DNA from: Scenedesmus sp. PABB004
Taxonomy: Eukaryota
Assembly: GCA_014905635.1 (NCBI GenBank)
Contig: JABVCE010000034.1
Location: forward strand, 186,001-250,000
Reading direction: 5' to 3'
DNA length: 64,000 nt
Of the stretch, positions 46,973 through 60,156 are shown piece after piece (position 1 is the stretch's first letter; each line of letters opens with the position of its first letter). Below the pieces are notes generated by a model. That model made no database searches, was not told where the DNA came from, and saw only the letters and a program-made list of their open reading frames with translations. The translations under genes were made by a program, and so were the position numbers.

Positions 46973-48105
46973 ATGGCGCGCGCGGGAGCTCGCCTGGGCG
47001 CCTGCGCCGTTGCGCTGGCGCTGCTCGTCGCGGGCGGGCTCGCGCAGGACGCGGACAAGGTGGCGCTGCGCTTCGCCTTCACCGGTGAGCGGCGACGCCG
47101 CGAGCGGCTGCCCGCGCGCGCCGCCAGGGCGGCCCGGCGAGGGCCGCCAGGCGCCGCGAGGCCGGGCCAGGCGGCGCAGCAGCTGCGCGCGCGCCGCGCG
47201 GCGCGCCGCGCCCGCAGCCCACCGCCGCCCGCCGCCGCCCGCCGCCGCGCCCGCCGCCGCGCCCGCCGCCGCCCGCGCGTGCACGCGCGCTAGGCATGAC
47301 GCAGGCGCAGTACGAGGCGTCAGTCAACAGCGCGGTGCTGGCGACGATCGCGTCGGCCGCGGGCGTGCCCGCCGACTGGGTGTGGCGCGTGACGGGGTCG
47401 TCCTCGGACGGCGCGACGCCGAGCATGCTCATGGACGCCGGCGCCGGGCGCCGCCTGCTCGCGCCGGCCGGCAACGCGAGCGCCGCGCCGGCGGGCCCGA
47501 GCGCGCTGGGCGACTACCTGGTCAAGACCAACCGCAGCGAGGGCGAGTGGGCGACGGGGGAGGTCATCCGCCGCAAGCTGCTCTCCGCGGCGTCGAGCTT
47601 TGGCCAGGGCAGCAGCCAGGGCCTGGGCAAGGGCTTCTACGGCCTGCTGTTCAAGAACGGCGTGCCCGCCGAGCCGCTCGTCTACCTCGACGGCCTGCTC
47701 ATCCTCTCGGGCGGCCTCGCGCCCGACGCGCCAAAGTCGCGCTTCGGCAGCCGCCACGCGGAGGAGTCCAAGATCTTCAGCCCCTCCGACCTCGCGCCGG
47801 CCGCCAACGGATCAGCGCCGGCCGAGCTGCGCAGCGTGCGGCCGGCCGACGCGGCGGCCGCGCCCGGCGCGCCCGCGGCCGCCGGCGGCGCGGCCGCCGC
47901 GCTGCCGGCGTGGGCGATCGGCGTCATCTGCGCCGCCGCGGCGCTCGCGGCGGCCGCGACGAGCGTGGTGGTGTGGCGCAAGTGCGCCGCGCGCGGCGGC
48001 GCCGACCGCGACCTCGAGGAGGCCAGCAGCCACGGCGCCGCGGCGGCGCAGAGCTTCCTGCCGTCCACGGCCCTCGACGGCCCCATGCCGCCGATGCGCG
48101 GCTGA
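46973..48105 (+). CDS. Predicted type-I single-pass membrane protein
   Basis: Signal peptide MARAG...GGLA|QD, one intron (about 47085-47293), RRLL and RRKLL motifs, hydrophobic segment [25 protein letters not shown] followed by RK. TGTAA at 48402. Confidence 0.72.
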
Positions 48106-50074
48106 GGGGGGCGCGCCCGTGGGGGAGGGGGGGGGGCGGGGCGGGGGCTGCAGGCGCGCGCGGCGCGCTGGGGCCGACCGGCGGCCGCGCGGCGCTGGCG
48201 CGCGGGCGGCAGCCGCCCGCGTCAGCAGCCCGAGCCTGAGACCCAGAGACGAACGCATGCGAGTGCCACAGCGCGGACGACGAGGCGCCGCACTGCTGCC
48301 CCGCCCCGGCGGCGGCAGCCGCACGTAGGCAGCGAGACGGCTAGCTAGCTGGCGCTGGAGCAGGGGCTGGAGCTGGGGCGTGCGGGCGGGGCTGCCGAGT
48401 GTGTAAGCCTTCTTGCGCCGAGTTTGAGCCGAATTCTGTTCAGCCCACTCATGGGAAGTCCTCCAGCCAGGGAGTCCACTCGCGCTGCGTCTCACAGCAA
48501 CGACACCGCAGTCCCGCGCGGGGGCTGGGCCCAATCACTTGGCGGCGGATGCGCGCCGTTGAGCGCGCATCCGCGCGCGCCCCTTGCTGCCGGCAGCCGC
48601 CGCCGTCGTCACGCTCGCCCACGCACAACTGCTGGCTGCTGCTGCTGCTGCTGCTGATGTGCCGGCCGCCAGCAGGGGGTGGGCTGCGGCACACGCACAC
48701 ACGTGGGCCAGCCAGCCCCAGACGAGCTGCTGGCCCTGCCTGCTCTGCCTCAAATGCTGTGGGCCGCGCACTGCTGCAGCGCGGCTCCGACGCCCGCGCA
48801 GCGCCGCCGCAGCGCGCCGCGCACAACACACAGCAAACACACGTATACAGCCGGCGGCCGCCGCCGCCACATCACATGACCACCTCCACCGCCGTCGCCT
48901 CAGCTATGACCGAGTGCGCGCATGGAAACAACGTCCCCGTCCCCCCTTCCCCCCGGCCCCGGCCCTCGCGCGCCTGCACAGCTGCCGCCGCCGTTGAAGC
49001 CTTGGGCTCGCGCCCCGCGGCGCGCGCTGTCGCCGCGCCTTCCGCGGCCGCCGCTGGGCGCCGCCTGCCGCTGCCGTCGTCCGCAGCCACCTGCGCCTGC
49101 GCTCCTCCCCCAGCCCGCTGCCCAGTGCGTGTTCAACGAGCGCCGCGCAGGGCCCTGATAAGGAGAGCCGCGCGCCGGCGCCGCCGCGCCCGTCAAAAAG
49201 CGCAGGGCCTCGAGCCGCGTGCGAGATGTCAAGGGCGGGGAGAGCCGCCCGCCAGCGCCGCCCCCAGCAGCTGCAGCACACTCCTGCGCCCACACGCCCA
49301 GGCGCACGCCTGGGGCGCCGCCGCCGCTGATCACGGGCCGCCGCGGGGTGCCAGCAGGCCCCCCGCGCGCCCTGCACGCGAGGGGCCGGGGGACGGTCGT
49401 TGCTGGGCGACGACACCGACGGTGCACCTGCCGCCGCACACACACACACACACGCATGCACGCTGCCGCCGCCGCGCGGCCCGCCTGCTGGGCCGCCGCC
49501 CCCGCCGGCGGCGCGCGCCCGGCGGCGCCGGCCGCGGCCGCGCCCTGCGTTGGGGGCGGCCGTCGCGCGCGGCGCCGCGGCCGCGCACCGCGCGTGCGCG
49601 GGGGCAAGTCAGTGCGTGTGTGTGGCTCTGTCCTGTGCGTATCATACAAGTGTGCTCGTCCGCGCCGCGCGCTGTGTGCGGCGGGCAATACTCCGCGCAG
49701 CCAGCCAGCCGCCGTCGTGGCGGGGGCGGCTGCGGCCGAGGTGAGGCCGTGCCGTGCGCATGCGCCGCTGCCAGCCGGCCCACGCGCGGGCGCGCCTGCC
49801 TCGCACAAGTCTCACAATCCTGCGCTGCCTGGGGCCAAGCGCCCCCAACCCCATCCTGCCGCCTGCGGGGCAGCAGCGCTGCATGCACACTGCCGTCCGC
49901 CCGCCAACTGCCCCAGAAGCGATGCCCCGCCGCGCGACGCGCGCCAGCGCCGCCCCGCCCCACGCACCCCCGCCCCTCCTCCTGCCGCTGCGCGCCAGCC
50001 GCGCCCCAGCAGCGGCCCAAGCACTCGCGCCCGCGCCGCCGCGGGCGGCCGCCGCCCCCGTCGTCTCTCGGGGC

Positions 50075-53000
50075 TCAGCGGCTCCAGATCTCCTTGATCA
50101 GGGGCAGCAGGTCAGCGCCGTCCTCGCGCGGCGAGTCGGTGCCGTCGGCCTCGCAGCCGCGCGGGCTGCCGCCGGGCGCGCCGGCGGCCGCGCGCTGCAC
50201 GGGCAGCCCCGGCGGGGACGCGCGGCCGCCGAGCGCGCCCTCCGGCGCACCAGGGCGGCCGGCGAGCGCGCCGGCGGGCGGCGGCGCAGAGTGCGCGCGG
50301 TTGAGGTGGCTCGGCACGGCGCCGGCGCCGGCGCCGACCGGCGGCGGCATCACCGACCCGGCGCGCGGCGGGAAGCCGGCGCCGGGCGGCGGCGCGCCGG
50401 CCGCCGCGATCGCGGCGCGGTTGCGCTCCACCGCGGCCGTCAGCGCCGCGAGCTCGGGGCCGGGCCGCACGCCGCCCTCGGCGGCGAGCGCGCCGTCGGA
50501 GCTGGCACGCGCGGCGGCCAATGCGCCGTGCGGGCCCAGGCCGCTGGGGCCGCGCTGGCCCAGGCCTGGCAGCAGCGCGCCGGGGCCGGGCGCGGAGCCG
50601 ACCTGGGGCACGCCGAGCTCGCCGAAGCGCGCCGCGGCGAGCGGGTGGCCGGGCGGCAGCAAGCCGGGCGCGCCGGTCAGGCTGTGGGGCCGGCCGAGGT
50701 GGTGCGGCGGCGGCGCGTCGCGCCCGCCGAGCAGGCGGGCCACGTCGGGGTGGCTGCCGCCGCCGGCCATCAGCATCGCGAGCTGCTGCTCCATCCCGCC
50801 CTGGGGCAGGCCCACGCCGCCGAGCATGCCGGGCGCCGCCGGGCCGCTGCCGGGCGCGGCAGCGGCCTGCTGCTGCTGCATCGCCATCAGCAGCGCAAAG
50901 GGGTCCATGCCGGACCTAAAGGGGTCCATGCCGCCCGCCGCGGCGGCCTGCAGCGCGTCGGCCATCGGGTTGCTGCCGGGCGTGCTGCGCGGGCGGGCGG
51001 CGGCGGCGGCGGCGGGGTCGCGGTCAGGGGCGCGCCGCGCGGCGAGCGGCGGCGAGCGGGCCCGCGCCCGCGCGCGCCGCGCACCCGCAGGCGCTGCCGT
51101 CGAGGGAGGCGTGCCGGCCGCCGCCGAGCAGGCCGCCGTAGGGCGCGCCGGGCGGGGCGCCGCCCAGGCCCATCATGCCGCCGCCAAACGCGCCGCCCAG
51201 GCCGGGCGGCACGCCCGCGGCGGCGTACGCGGCGGCCGCCGCGGCCGCGGCCGCGGCCGCCGCGGCGGCGGCCTGCGGGTTGAGCCCCGGCAGGCCCCAG
51301 CCGAACGAGGGGTCGAAGCCGCCGGGCATGCCCATGGGCGGGGCGCCCATGTGCGGCGGCAGGCCGCCGTGCAGCGCGCCGGCGGTGTGGCTGTACTTGC
51401 ACGCGTCGCCGCGGCTGCACCGGCCCCTGCGAGGACCGCGCGGGGCGGCGCGGCGCGGAGGAGGTGAGGATTCAGGCGCGGCTCAAACGGGCCTCTGGCG
51501 CGTGCGCGCGCCGCGCCCCGCACGTGCCCCCCGCGCCGTGTGCCGTGCGCCGCACCGCAGGAAGTCGTAGCACACGTCGGCCGTGCCGGGGCCGTGGTGC
51601 CCACCGTCCTGGTCGTCGCCTGCGCCGCTGCCGCGGGCCATGCGGGCGATGAGGGAGAGGTCGTGGCTGTAGCGGCACTCCGGCCCGCGGCTGCACACGC
51701 CCTTGACAAAGTCGTAGCAGATCGACCCGCTGCGCGCCTTGCCCGCGGGCGGCGGCGGCGCGGCGCCGTTGTAGACCTGGCGGGCGGCGCGGGCGGCGCG
51801 GTGAGCGCGGCGGTGAGCGCACCCCGGCGCGACGCGGCAGGGGGCGGCGGCGCGGCGGGCGGCGGCGTGCGCGGCGCACCTGGCACTGCTGCGCGATGTT
51901 GGAGAGGTCGTGTGAGAAGCGGCAGAGCAGGCCGCGGTGGCACTGGCTGCGGAGGTAGTCGAAGCAGATGCCCTTCTCCTTGCTGTTGAACTGCACGATC
52001 GTCGCGATGTCGTGGCTGTACTTGCACTTGTCGCCGCGCGTGCAGAGGCCCTTGGTGAAGTCGTAGCAGATCTGGGGGTCGCGCCCGCCCGACCCGGCGG
52101 CGCCGCCGCCGCCCTCGGACGGCGCGGCCGACGGCGCGGGCGCAGGCGCGGGGCCGGCGCCGCCCAGCGCCGCGGGCGCGCCGGCGTCGGCGGCCGCCGC
52201 GGCGGTGTCCTGCAGGCTCGTCGCCGAGCCGGGCTTGGAGTAGGGCAGGAAGCCTGGAGGAGGGGGGGGGGAGGGGTGGCGAGGGTCAGCATTTCAAACG
52301 GCGCGCGCGCTCGTGCGCGCCGCCGCTGCTGCGGCAGCGCCGCCGCGCCGCGCGCTGCCTGCCACTGGGTGGGCCGCGACGCAGCGGTGCCCAGCGGGGC
52401 CCGGCGGCGGCGGCTGGGGCGCACCGGACATGCTGCTCAGCGGCGCGCTCAGCGGCGTGTCGGCCGGCGAGCTGCTGCCGCTGCTGTTGGTGCTGGAGGC
52501 GTTCTGGTCCAGCACGTCCAGGTCGCTCCGCTCGCCCTGCGCGCGCAGGGGGGCGGCGCGGGTGGGCGCGGCGTCGCGCAGGCCCGCCCAGCCCCCGGGC
52601 CGCGCCCCCCGCGCGTGCGTCGCGCCGGCCGCCCGGCACCGCGCGCGGGAGGGCCAAATGCACGCCCCCGACACGCCGCCGGCGAGCGCGGCGGCCGCGC
52701 CGCGCCCGCCGGCGCCCCGGGAGCGGCGCTGACATCGCCGCCCGCCCCCGCGCGGGGGCGGCCCCGATGCGACCGGGCGGCGCCCGACGGTCGCTTGGGG
52801 AGGCCCCCGAGCCGCCCGGGCCGCCGGGGCGGGGCCGATCGGGCCTCGGCAGAAAGCGCGCGCGAATTTTGGTTCCCGCGCTGCCCCGCCCCGCCCGGCC
52901 CCCCGGCCCGCCGGCCGCCGCCCAGGGACGCGCTCGACCGGCCCACACCCGACCGGCGGCCGAGCAGGGCGTGGCGGGCCCCGCCGGCGCGCCACGGGCG

Positions 53001-53092
53001 CCGCGCGTGCGCACCTCGCTGCTGCGGGCGCACTTGAGGGACAGGCCGCCCAGCTCGCCCGCCAGCTCGGGCGCGAGCGCGGCGCTCATCAT
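50075..53092 (-). CDS. Protein with four C-x7-C-x5-C-x3-H zinc fingers and a low-complexity tail
   Basis: [83 protein letters not shown]. Ends [12 protein letters not shown]. Confidence 0.88.
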
Positions 53093-53763
53093 GTGGCCCG
53101 GCGCGGGCGGCGCGCGGGTGCGGACAGAGGCGGGTGGGGCGCGGAGCGCTGCTCAGCAGCGCATGGCGCTGCGACCGTGGCGCGGAGGACGTGGGGGCGT
53201 GCGCGGGGCGCGGGGTTGCTCTGGCCGGGCGGCGCGCGGGCGGGCGGGCTTGACCGGCCAGCAGCGGGTTAGCAGGTCCCCTAGGACCCATTTCTGTCAA
53301 GCCCAGCGCGCGCCTCCTGCCCGCCATCGCGCCCCGACGCCGCGATCCCCGCGCGATTGGCGCCCGGCGCGCCCGCTCGGTGGCGCCGGCCGCAGTCGGT
53401 TGGCCCGCCCGCCCGCCAGCGCCCGCCGCCTCGTCCCCAGCAGCGCGCAGATCCGGCTGCGGTGGCGGGCGACGCCGGCGGCAGCTCCGGCGGGTGCTTG
53501 CGCGGCGGCACCGCGGGCGGCGGGCGGCGCCGCCGGCGCGCGCCGCACGATCCGGCCGCGGCGCGCCGGTCCGGCCCCCTGCGCGTCTGCGCCGCGCTCT
53601 GCCGCGGTCGGCGGCGGCGCTCCAGCGCTCCAGCGGCGGCGGCGTCACGGGAGGCCGCCGCGCGCGGCCGCCGCCCCGGGCGCGCGTGTCGCAGCGCGCC
53701 CGGCGGCGCCGGCCCTGGCGGATGATGATGTACAGCCCTACAGCCTTCCTGGCCCCTCGCTCC

Positions 53764-54822
53764 TCACTGGCCGAAGAGGTAGATGCGCGCGCTGATGTCG
53801 GCCACGAGCCACTCAAAGCCCTCGAGCAGCCCCGCGCCGCTGTGCGCGCTGCACGCGACCGCCGAGACGTGGCGCTTCGCGATCGCGCCCAGGTCGAGCG
53901 CCTGCGCCGCGGCAAGAGCGGGAGCGCGGGCCAAGGCGGTGAGCCGCGCGGCGGCGCCCCCGCGCCCGCGCGCCCGCGCGCGCGAGCTACAGGCGGCGCG
54001 CCTGCGCGAGCTGCTCCAGCCCGAGCGCGCCGGGCACGTCCTGCTTGTTCGCGAGGATGAGCAGCGTCGCGCCCAGCAGCCGCTCCTCCGCCAGCAGCGC
54101 GCCCAGCTCGCGCCGGCAGTCCTCCAGCCTGGCGCGCGCCGCGGGCGGTGGGCGGGCCGTGAGGGCGCGCCGCGCGCGGGCGCAGCACGCCGGCCCGCAG
54201 CCGGGCCGTGCCGCGCCTGCACGCGCCGCCAGCCCGCTGCCGGCCACCGCCGGCCCGCGCCGCGTCACCGGCGCCGCCGCACCGCGCGAGGTCTGCCGCG
54301 TCGACGACCCAGATGAGGCCGTCCGTCTTCTCGTAGTAGTTGCGCCAGTAGGGGCGCAGCGACTTCTGGCCGCCCACGTCCCAGATGTTGAGCTTGTACC
54401 TGCGCCCGCGCCGCACCGCATGGGGCCGCGCCCGCCGCCGCCCCTGCTGCTGGCCCCTCCCCCGGCGGTGCTGCGCCCGCCGCCACTCCGCCGCCTGGGC
54501 CGGTTGCGGCGGCGGCGCCCGTGCCGCGTGCCGCGTGCGGCGCACCCGTTGAAGGTCATGGTCTTGATGTTGAAGCCGAGCGTGGGGCTGATCGTGCTGA
54601 TGTCCTCGCCGTTCAGGCGGCGCACGATGGTCGTCTTGCCCGCGTTGTCCAGGCCGCTGTGCGGCGGCGGCGGCGGCGGCGCGTGGGGCGGGGCGGCGGC
54701 GGCAGCAGCGGCGCGAGCGCGCAGCGGCGGGAACGGCCGCGCCGTGCCGCCACGTACACCATGAGCAGCCGCATCTCGCGCTCCTTCTGCTTGACCTTTT
54801 TGATGATCGTGAGGAGCCCCAT
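53764..54822 (-). CDS. ARL2: ADP-ribosylation factor-like GTPase 2
   Basis: [85 protein letters not shown] intron 54001-53902. Confidence 0.96.
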
Positions 54823-55266
54823 CCGGCGGTCGGCGGCGCGGCGGGCGGCGCGGCGGACGCGCAGATGGCGGCGCGTTGCAGGCGCGGAGCGCAGGGGGGC
54901 GCCTGGCGCGCGGCAGCGTCAGAGCTCGAGGTCGGGGCGGTCGAACGGCTGGCGAAGTGCGGCCCTGCGGCAGGTCGCAGAGCATCAAGCGCAGCGCCGC
55001 GCAGCGCGCTTGTGGCAGGTCCCTGCGCCCTGGGGCCTGGCGCTCCGTCCCGACCTCCCAGGCCGCACCATCTGTCCGCCGCCACCGGCGACCCGCGCCA
55101 CTGAGCCGCCGCGCCACCGCGCCGCACGGCAGCGTCGACGCCGCTGCTGCCGCCACGCCGCCGCCGCTGCCGGCGCTGTCGCCGCCCGCGGGGGCGCACG
55201 TGCCTGAGCAGCGGGCACCGTCCGGCGCCCCGGCGGCGGCCGCTGGCGGCCGCGGCGCCGCCGCCA

Positions 55267-56567
55267 ATGGCGCTGCGGGGGGGTACGCGCCTGAGCAGCG
55301 CCGGGCACCGCCCGGCGCCAGCGCGGCGGCCGCTGGCGGCCGCGGCGTCGCGGCGGCGACGAGCGGCGGCGACGAGCGCCGCGCCCGGCCAGGCTGGTCC
55401 TGCGGCGGGGCAGCCGCTGCACGTCGTCATCACCGGCGGCACCAAGGGCCTGGGCTACGCCATGGCGGCCGAGTTCCTGGCCGCCGGGGACCGCGTGCTC
55501 ATCTGCGGCCGCGACCCGCGCCGGCTCGCCGCCGCGCTGGACGCGCTGCGCGCTGCGGCGCCGGGCCGCGTGCATGGCGTGTCGGCCGACGTCTCGGTGC
55601 CGGCCGACGTCGACGCGCTGTCCGCGGCCGCGCGCGACGCGCTCGGCGGGCGCGTGGACCGCTGGGTGAACAATGCTGGCGCGGTCACTCGCGTCGCGCC
55701 GCTGCACGAGCTGCCGACCGAGGAGCTGCTGCGCGTCGTGGGCGTGAACGTGTCGGGGTCCCTGCTCGGCAGCCGCGCCGCGATCGCGCTCGCGACGGCC
55801 CACTGGGAGGCGGAGCGCCGGGCGCACACGGCGGCGGCGGACGCGCCGGCGGAGCCGTGCTATCACATCTTCAACTGCGGCTTCTCGTCCTGGGGCGCCG
55901 GCCTCAGGCGCGCGCCACGCCGCGCCACAGCTCTGGCGGGCGGCGCCGCAGCTCTGGTGGCACCCCGCGGCCGCCGCCCCCGCCGACCCCGCCGCCGCTG
56001 CCGCGCCGCCGCGCGCAGCAAGTCCGCGGCGACGCACAAGGCCACCAAGACGGCTTTGACGCAGCTGAGCGCGAGCCTCGCGGCCGAGCTGCGCGCCGCG
56101 GGCCTGGCCTACATCGGCGTGCACAACCTCTCCCCAGGTGCGACGACGGCGGCGGCGGCCCGCCGCGGCGCGCGGCGAGCGGAGGGCTGCGGCGGCGGCG
56201 GCGGGCCCGCATGGGCACCCCTCCCACGCGCCGCCGCCGCCCCGCCGCAGGCATGGTGCTGACGGACCTGCTGCTCCGCGGCGCGTCGCCGACGTCGAAG
56301 CGCATCTTCAACGCGCTCGCCGACGAGCCGGACACCGTCGCGGCCGCGCTCGTGCCGCGGGTGCGCGCCGTGAGCGGCACCGGCACCAGCATCGACCACC
56401 TCACGCCCGGCGGCGCGGCGGCGCGCATGCTGGCCGGCCTGCCCGCCATCCTGACCGGCGCCGGCGGGCGCTTCTTCGACGCCGCCGGCCGCCGCGTGCC
56501 GGGCGCGGCGGGCACGCGGTACAACGAGCACGGCACGGCGCTGCAGTTTGACTGCGTCGAGGACTGA
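55267..56567 (+). CDS. Plastid short-chain dehydrogenase, chlorophyll b reductase (NOL/NYC1)-like
   Basis: Transit peptide, then [67 protein letters not shown]. The YxxxK position reads HKATK. Confidence 0.8.
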
Positions 56568-56602
56568 CCGAGCACGGCGCAGCGCGGCGCGAGCCAGCGC
56601 GA

Positions 56603-56705
56603 GAGCGAGCAGAGGCAGGAGAGGGAGCGGAGGCAGGAGAGGGAGCGAGCAGAGGCAGGAGAGGGAGCGGAGGCAGGAGCGGGAGCGAGCACACGCAGAG
56701 GGAGC
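56603..56705. repeat. Purine-rich tandem repeat ([21 protein letters not shown] units)
   Basis: About 4-5 imperfect copies just after the NOL-like stop codon. Confidence 0.8.
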
Positions 56706-56952
56706 AGGCAATGCCGTCGGCCGGGGCTCAGCGAGCTGCACCGCCGCTCGCGCAGTCGCCGCCGCCGTGCCTGCGCCGCCGCCCGCAGCCCCCCGGCCGC
56801 ACTCCTCTCCCCGTCTGACTGTCGGGAGGGCGTCTCTGGCCCCCCGCGGGACAGCCCGAGCGCGCGAGCCGGCACCACGCGAGCGCCGCAGCAGCGTCGC
56901 GGAGCAGCAGCGGGCGGCGTTCGCATGGCCTGAGGCGCGCGGCGGCGGCGGC

Positions 56953-59434
56953 ATGGTGGCCACCACGTGCTCGTCGCCCGCGGCGTTCGGGGGCAAGGCC
57001 GCGCAGCTCGCCGCGCTCGGCCTGAGCGCGCCGTCGCTCGGCGCCCAGCGGCCTGCGCACTGCGACCAGGCGGTGAGCGTCATCGTTCCAGCGGGCGTGA
57101 CGACCAGCGCGGGCAGCGGGCAGCAGGCAGCGCGAAGCGGGGAGCGCGGCCGGCAGCTGCAGCGCGCGCGGGCGGCGCCCCGGCGCGCTGCGGGCCCCGG
57201 GCGCCCCGGGCGACGCTCCCGACGGCCACCGAGCACGCACGCACGACGCCGCACGCGCCGCGGCCGCGCCGCGCGCCGACGCACGACGCCGACGCTGCTC
57301 GCGCGCCGCCGCCGCCGCCGCAGGCGCAGGCGCCGCCGCTGGCGCTCAGCGCGACCTGGCGCGCCCCCACGCCCGTGGGGTGTGGTCTGCAGAACCTGGG
57401 CAACAGCTGCTTCCTCAACGCCGTGCTGCAGTGCCTCGCGCACACGCCGCCGCTCGCCAACGTCTGCCTCTCGCGCGCGCACTCGCGCGCCTGCGCGGCG
57501 CCCCAGGGCGACTGCATCTGCTGCACCGTGGAGGCGCAGGTGCGCCGACGCGGCGGCAGCGCGAGGGCGAGGGGCAGCAGGCGGCGGGGCGCGGGAGGCC
57601 GGCGGCGCCGACGCGCGCCGCGCCGCGCCGCCGCAGGTCTGCCGCATGCTGCAGCGGGGCAGCGGCGCCGCGGACACACCGGCGGGCCTGCACCGCACGC
57701 TGCACGCCATCAACCGCGGCTTTGTGCGGGGGCGGCAGGAGGACGCGCACGAGCTGCTGCGCTGCCTCGTTGACGCGATGGAGCGCTGCCTGCTGCGCGC
57801 CGCGGGCGGCTACGACCCGCGCAAGCCGCCGCGGGTGGGCAAGCCGCTGCGCCGCGCCGCCGCCGCGCCGCGCGCGGCAGCCGCAGCCGCAGCCGCAGCC
57901 GCAGCACAGCGCGCCCGCCGCCTCACCACTCTGCCCGCCCGCCCGCCCGCCCGCCCGTCCGCACGCGCCGCCGCTGGCGGGCGCAGCACCCGCGCACGCT
58001 CGTGAACGCGGTGTTTGGCTGCATCCTGCAGAGCCGCGTGCTGTGCCTGGCGTGCGGGCACGCGAGCGCGAGCTATGACCCCGCCATGGACCTCAGCCTC
58101 GACCTCTGCGGCGCGCGCAGCGTGGAGGACGCGCTCGGCCGCTTCACTGCCGTCGAGCGCCTCGACGGCGACAACAAGTACCGGTGAGCGCCCGACGCTG
58201 CGCCGCCGCCGCCGCTGCTGTTGCGCCGCCGCCGCCGTTGCGCGCTGCCGTGCCGCAGCGGCTGCCGAGCCGCGGCCCGCGCGCGCTGCGGCCCGAGCGC
58301 AGCGCGCGCGCCGCCGCCGCCGCCGCCGCCGCAGGTGCGAGGGCTGCAAGGGCCTCGTGGCGGCGCACAAGCAGATCAGCGTGTGGGACGAGCCCAACGT
58401 GCTCGTGCTGCAGCTCAAGCGCTTCACGCCGCTCGGGAGCAAGATCGGGCGCGACGTGTCGTTTGACGTGTCGCTCGACCTGGCGCCCTTCATGTCGTCC
58501 ACGCGGCGCCGCGCCAGCAGTGGCGCCGGCAGCGCCGGCAGCGCGGGCCTGCTCAACAACTGCGGCGCCGGCGCCAGCACCGGCGCGCCGAGCGGCGGCA
58601 GCAGCGCGAGCAGCAGCGGCGGCGCCAACGATGCGCGCGGCGGGTGCAGCGGCGGCAGCAGCAGCGGCAGCGGCGGCTCGCCGCCGCCGGGCGGCGCGGG
58701 GCCGCCGCAGTACCGGCTCGCGGCCGTGCTGGTCCACGCGGGGCTGAGCCCGCACAGCGGTCACTACTACGCCTACGTGCGCGACGGCCAGCCGCCCGCG
58801 GGCTACTGGCACTGCGCAAACGACAGCCAGGCGCGCCGCGCCGCGACGTGTGCTGCGTCGCGCTGTGTGTGTGCTGCGCCGTGCGCGCGCGCCTGCGCTG
58901 GGCCGCCCGCGTCCGCGCCTGCCCCGCCCACCCGCCCACCCGCCCACCCGCCCACGCCCCGCACGCCTGCCTGCGCCCGCGCCCACGCCCCCAGGTGTAC
59001 CGCGTGGCCGAGTCGGTCGTGCTGTCCCAGCAGGCCTACCTGCTGTTCTACGTGCGCGTGACCATGAAGCCACAGGCGCCCCTGCCGCAGCACAGCGACG
59101 CTCAACCCGGCGGCGGCGCGGCGGGCGCCAAGCGCGGCGCCGCGTCCGCGCTCGGCGCCGGCGCCGAGCAGCGGCGGCCGGGCGCGGCGTTTGGGCCGCA
59201 GCTGCCGCCGCACCTCACCGCCAAGCGCGCGCGCCTGCAGGAGCAGGAGCGCGGCGCGTTCGGCCCGCAGCTGCCGCCCGGCTGGCGCCCGGCCGACGGC
59301 GGCGGCGGCGCGGCGGCACAGGGTTCGGCGGCGGCGGCGGGCGGCGAGCAGCCGGAGCCGGGCAGCAGCACCGCGCCGTTCTTCACCTGGGCGGCGCAGC
59401 CGCAGCCGCAGCCGCAGCTGCGGCAGCAGCAGCC

Positions 59435-59479
<45 letters not shown>

Positions 59480-59780
59480 ACAGGCGGTGCCGGGCGCGTG
59501 CCGCCTGGTGCCCGCGGTCGACGGCGGCGCCAGCCTGAGCGCCGCCGAGATGTCCGCGAGCGCGGCGGCGGCGCTGGCGGGCATGCGGCCGTGGCTCGCG
59601 CGCGAGCTCGCGGCAGCCAAGGCGCGCGGCGTGAGCGTGCAGGGCAGCCGCTCGACGGTGCTGCCGCAGTTCCGCGCGCACCCCGACGTGCGCGAGGCCG
59701 CGGCGGGCCTGTTCCTGCGCTGCCTCGCGCACCTGGGCGTGCCGCTCGCGGCCGCCGCGCCCGCGGGCGCCGGGGAGTGA
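56953..59780 (+). CDS. Ubiquitin-specific protease (C19; USP36/42/UBP23-like)
   Basis: Cys box GLQNLGNSCFLNAVLQCL, GRQEDAHELLR, LDGDNKYRCEGC, PNVLVLQLKRF, His box VLVHAG..HSGHYYAYVR, NDSQV, QQAYLLFYVR. Confidence 0.93.
59424..59477 (+). repeat. (CAG)n polyglutamine tract
   Basis: Within the last USP exon. Confidence 0.9.
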
Positions 59781-60156
59781 GCGGGAGTGAGTGGGGGCGG
59801 GGTGTGTCGCGTAGGGCAGGCAATGCAGGCGTGCTTTGCTTTTGCAGGCAGTTTTGGCGTGCGCCGCAGGCAAGGCGGCCACGTGTGCACCCGGACCAAT
59901 CCTCAGAGCGATTGGTTGCGTTGACTGCAACAACCGGGCGTCGGCGCCACGAGCCGCGCGGGGCGTCGTGACGGTGGTGCCCGCTCGCGCGCCCGCCGCC
60001 GCGTCCGCGCGCCGAGCCGCCCGCCCGTCGCCGGCCCCGCGGCGTCACTGTTGCCCGGCGCGGGGCGCACCACGGCAGCTGCGCAGAGGGCGTGCCCTGT
60101 CTGGGGCCACCGCGCCGCCGCCCGCCGCGCGCCAGCCACCAGCGCGCGGCGCGGCG

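Noticed and set aside
53895..54010. Short direct repeats across intron ends (gcgcaggcgc in ARL2; similar in ankyrin and CYP37) suggesting Introner-like insertions
   Set aside because: Expected from the AG|GC consensus at high GC, and I saw no family of mutually similar introns. An all-versus-all intron alignment would settle it.
56603..56705. Regularly spaced repeats as a CRISPR array
   Set aside because: No unique spacers, no cas genes, and a eukaryotic context.
56925..56933. Minimal uORF ATG-GCC-TGA before the USP start
   Set aside because: Could easily be chance, and the TSS is unknown.
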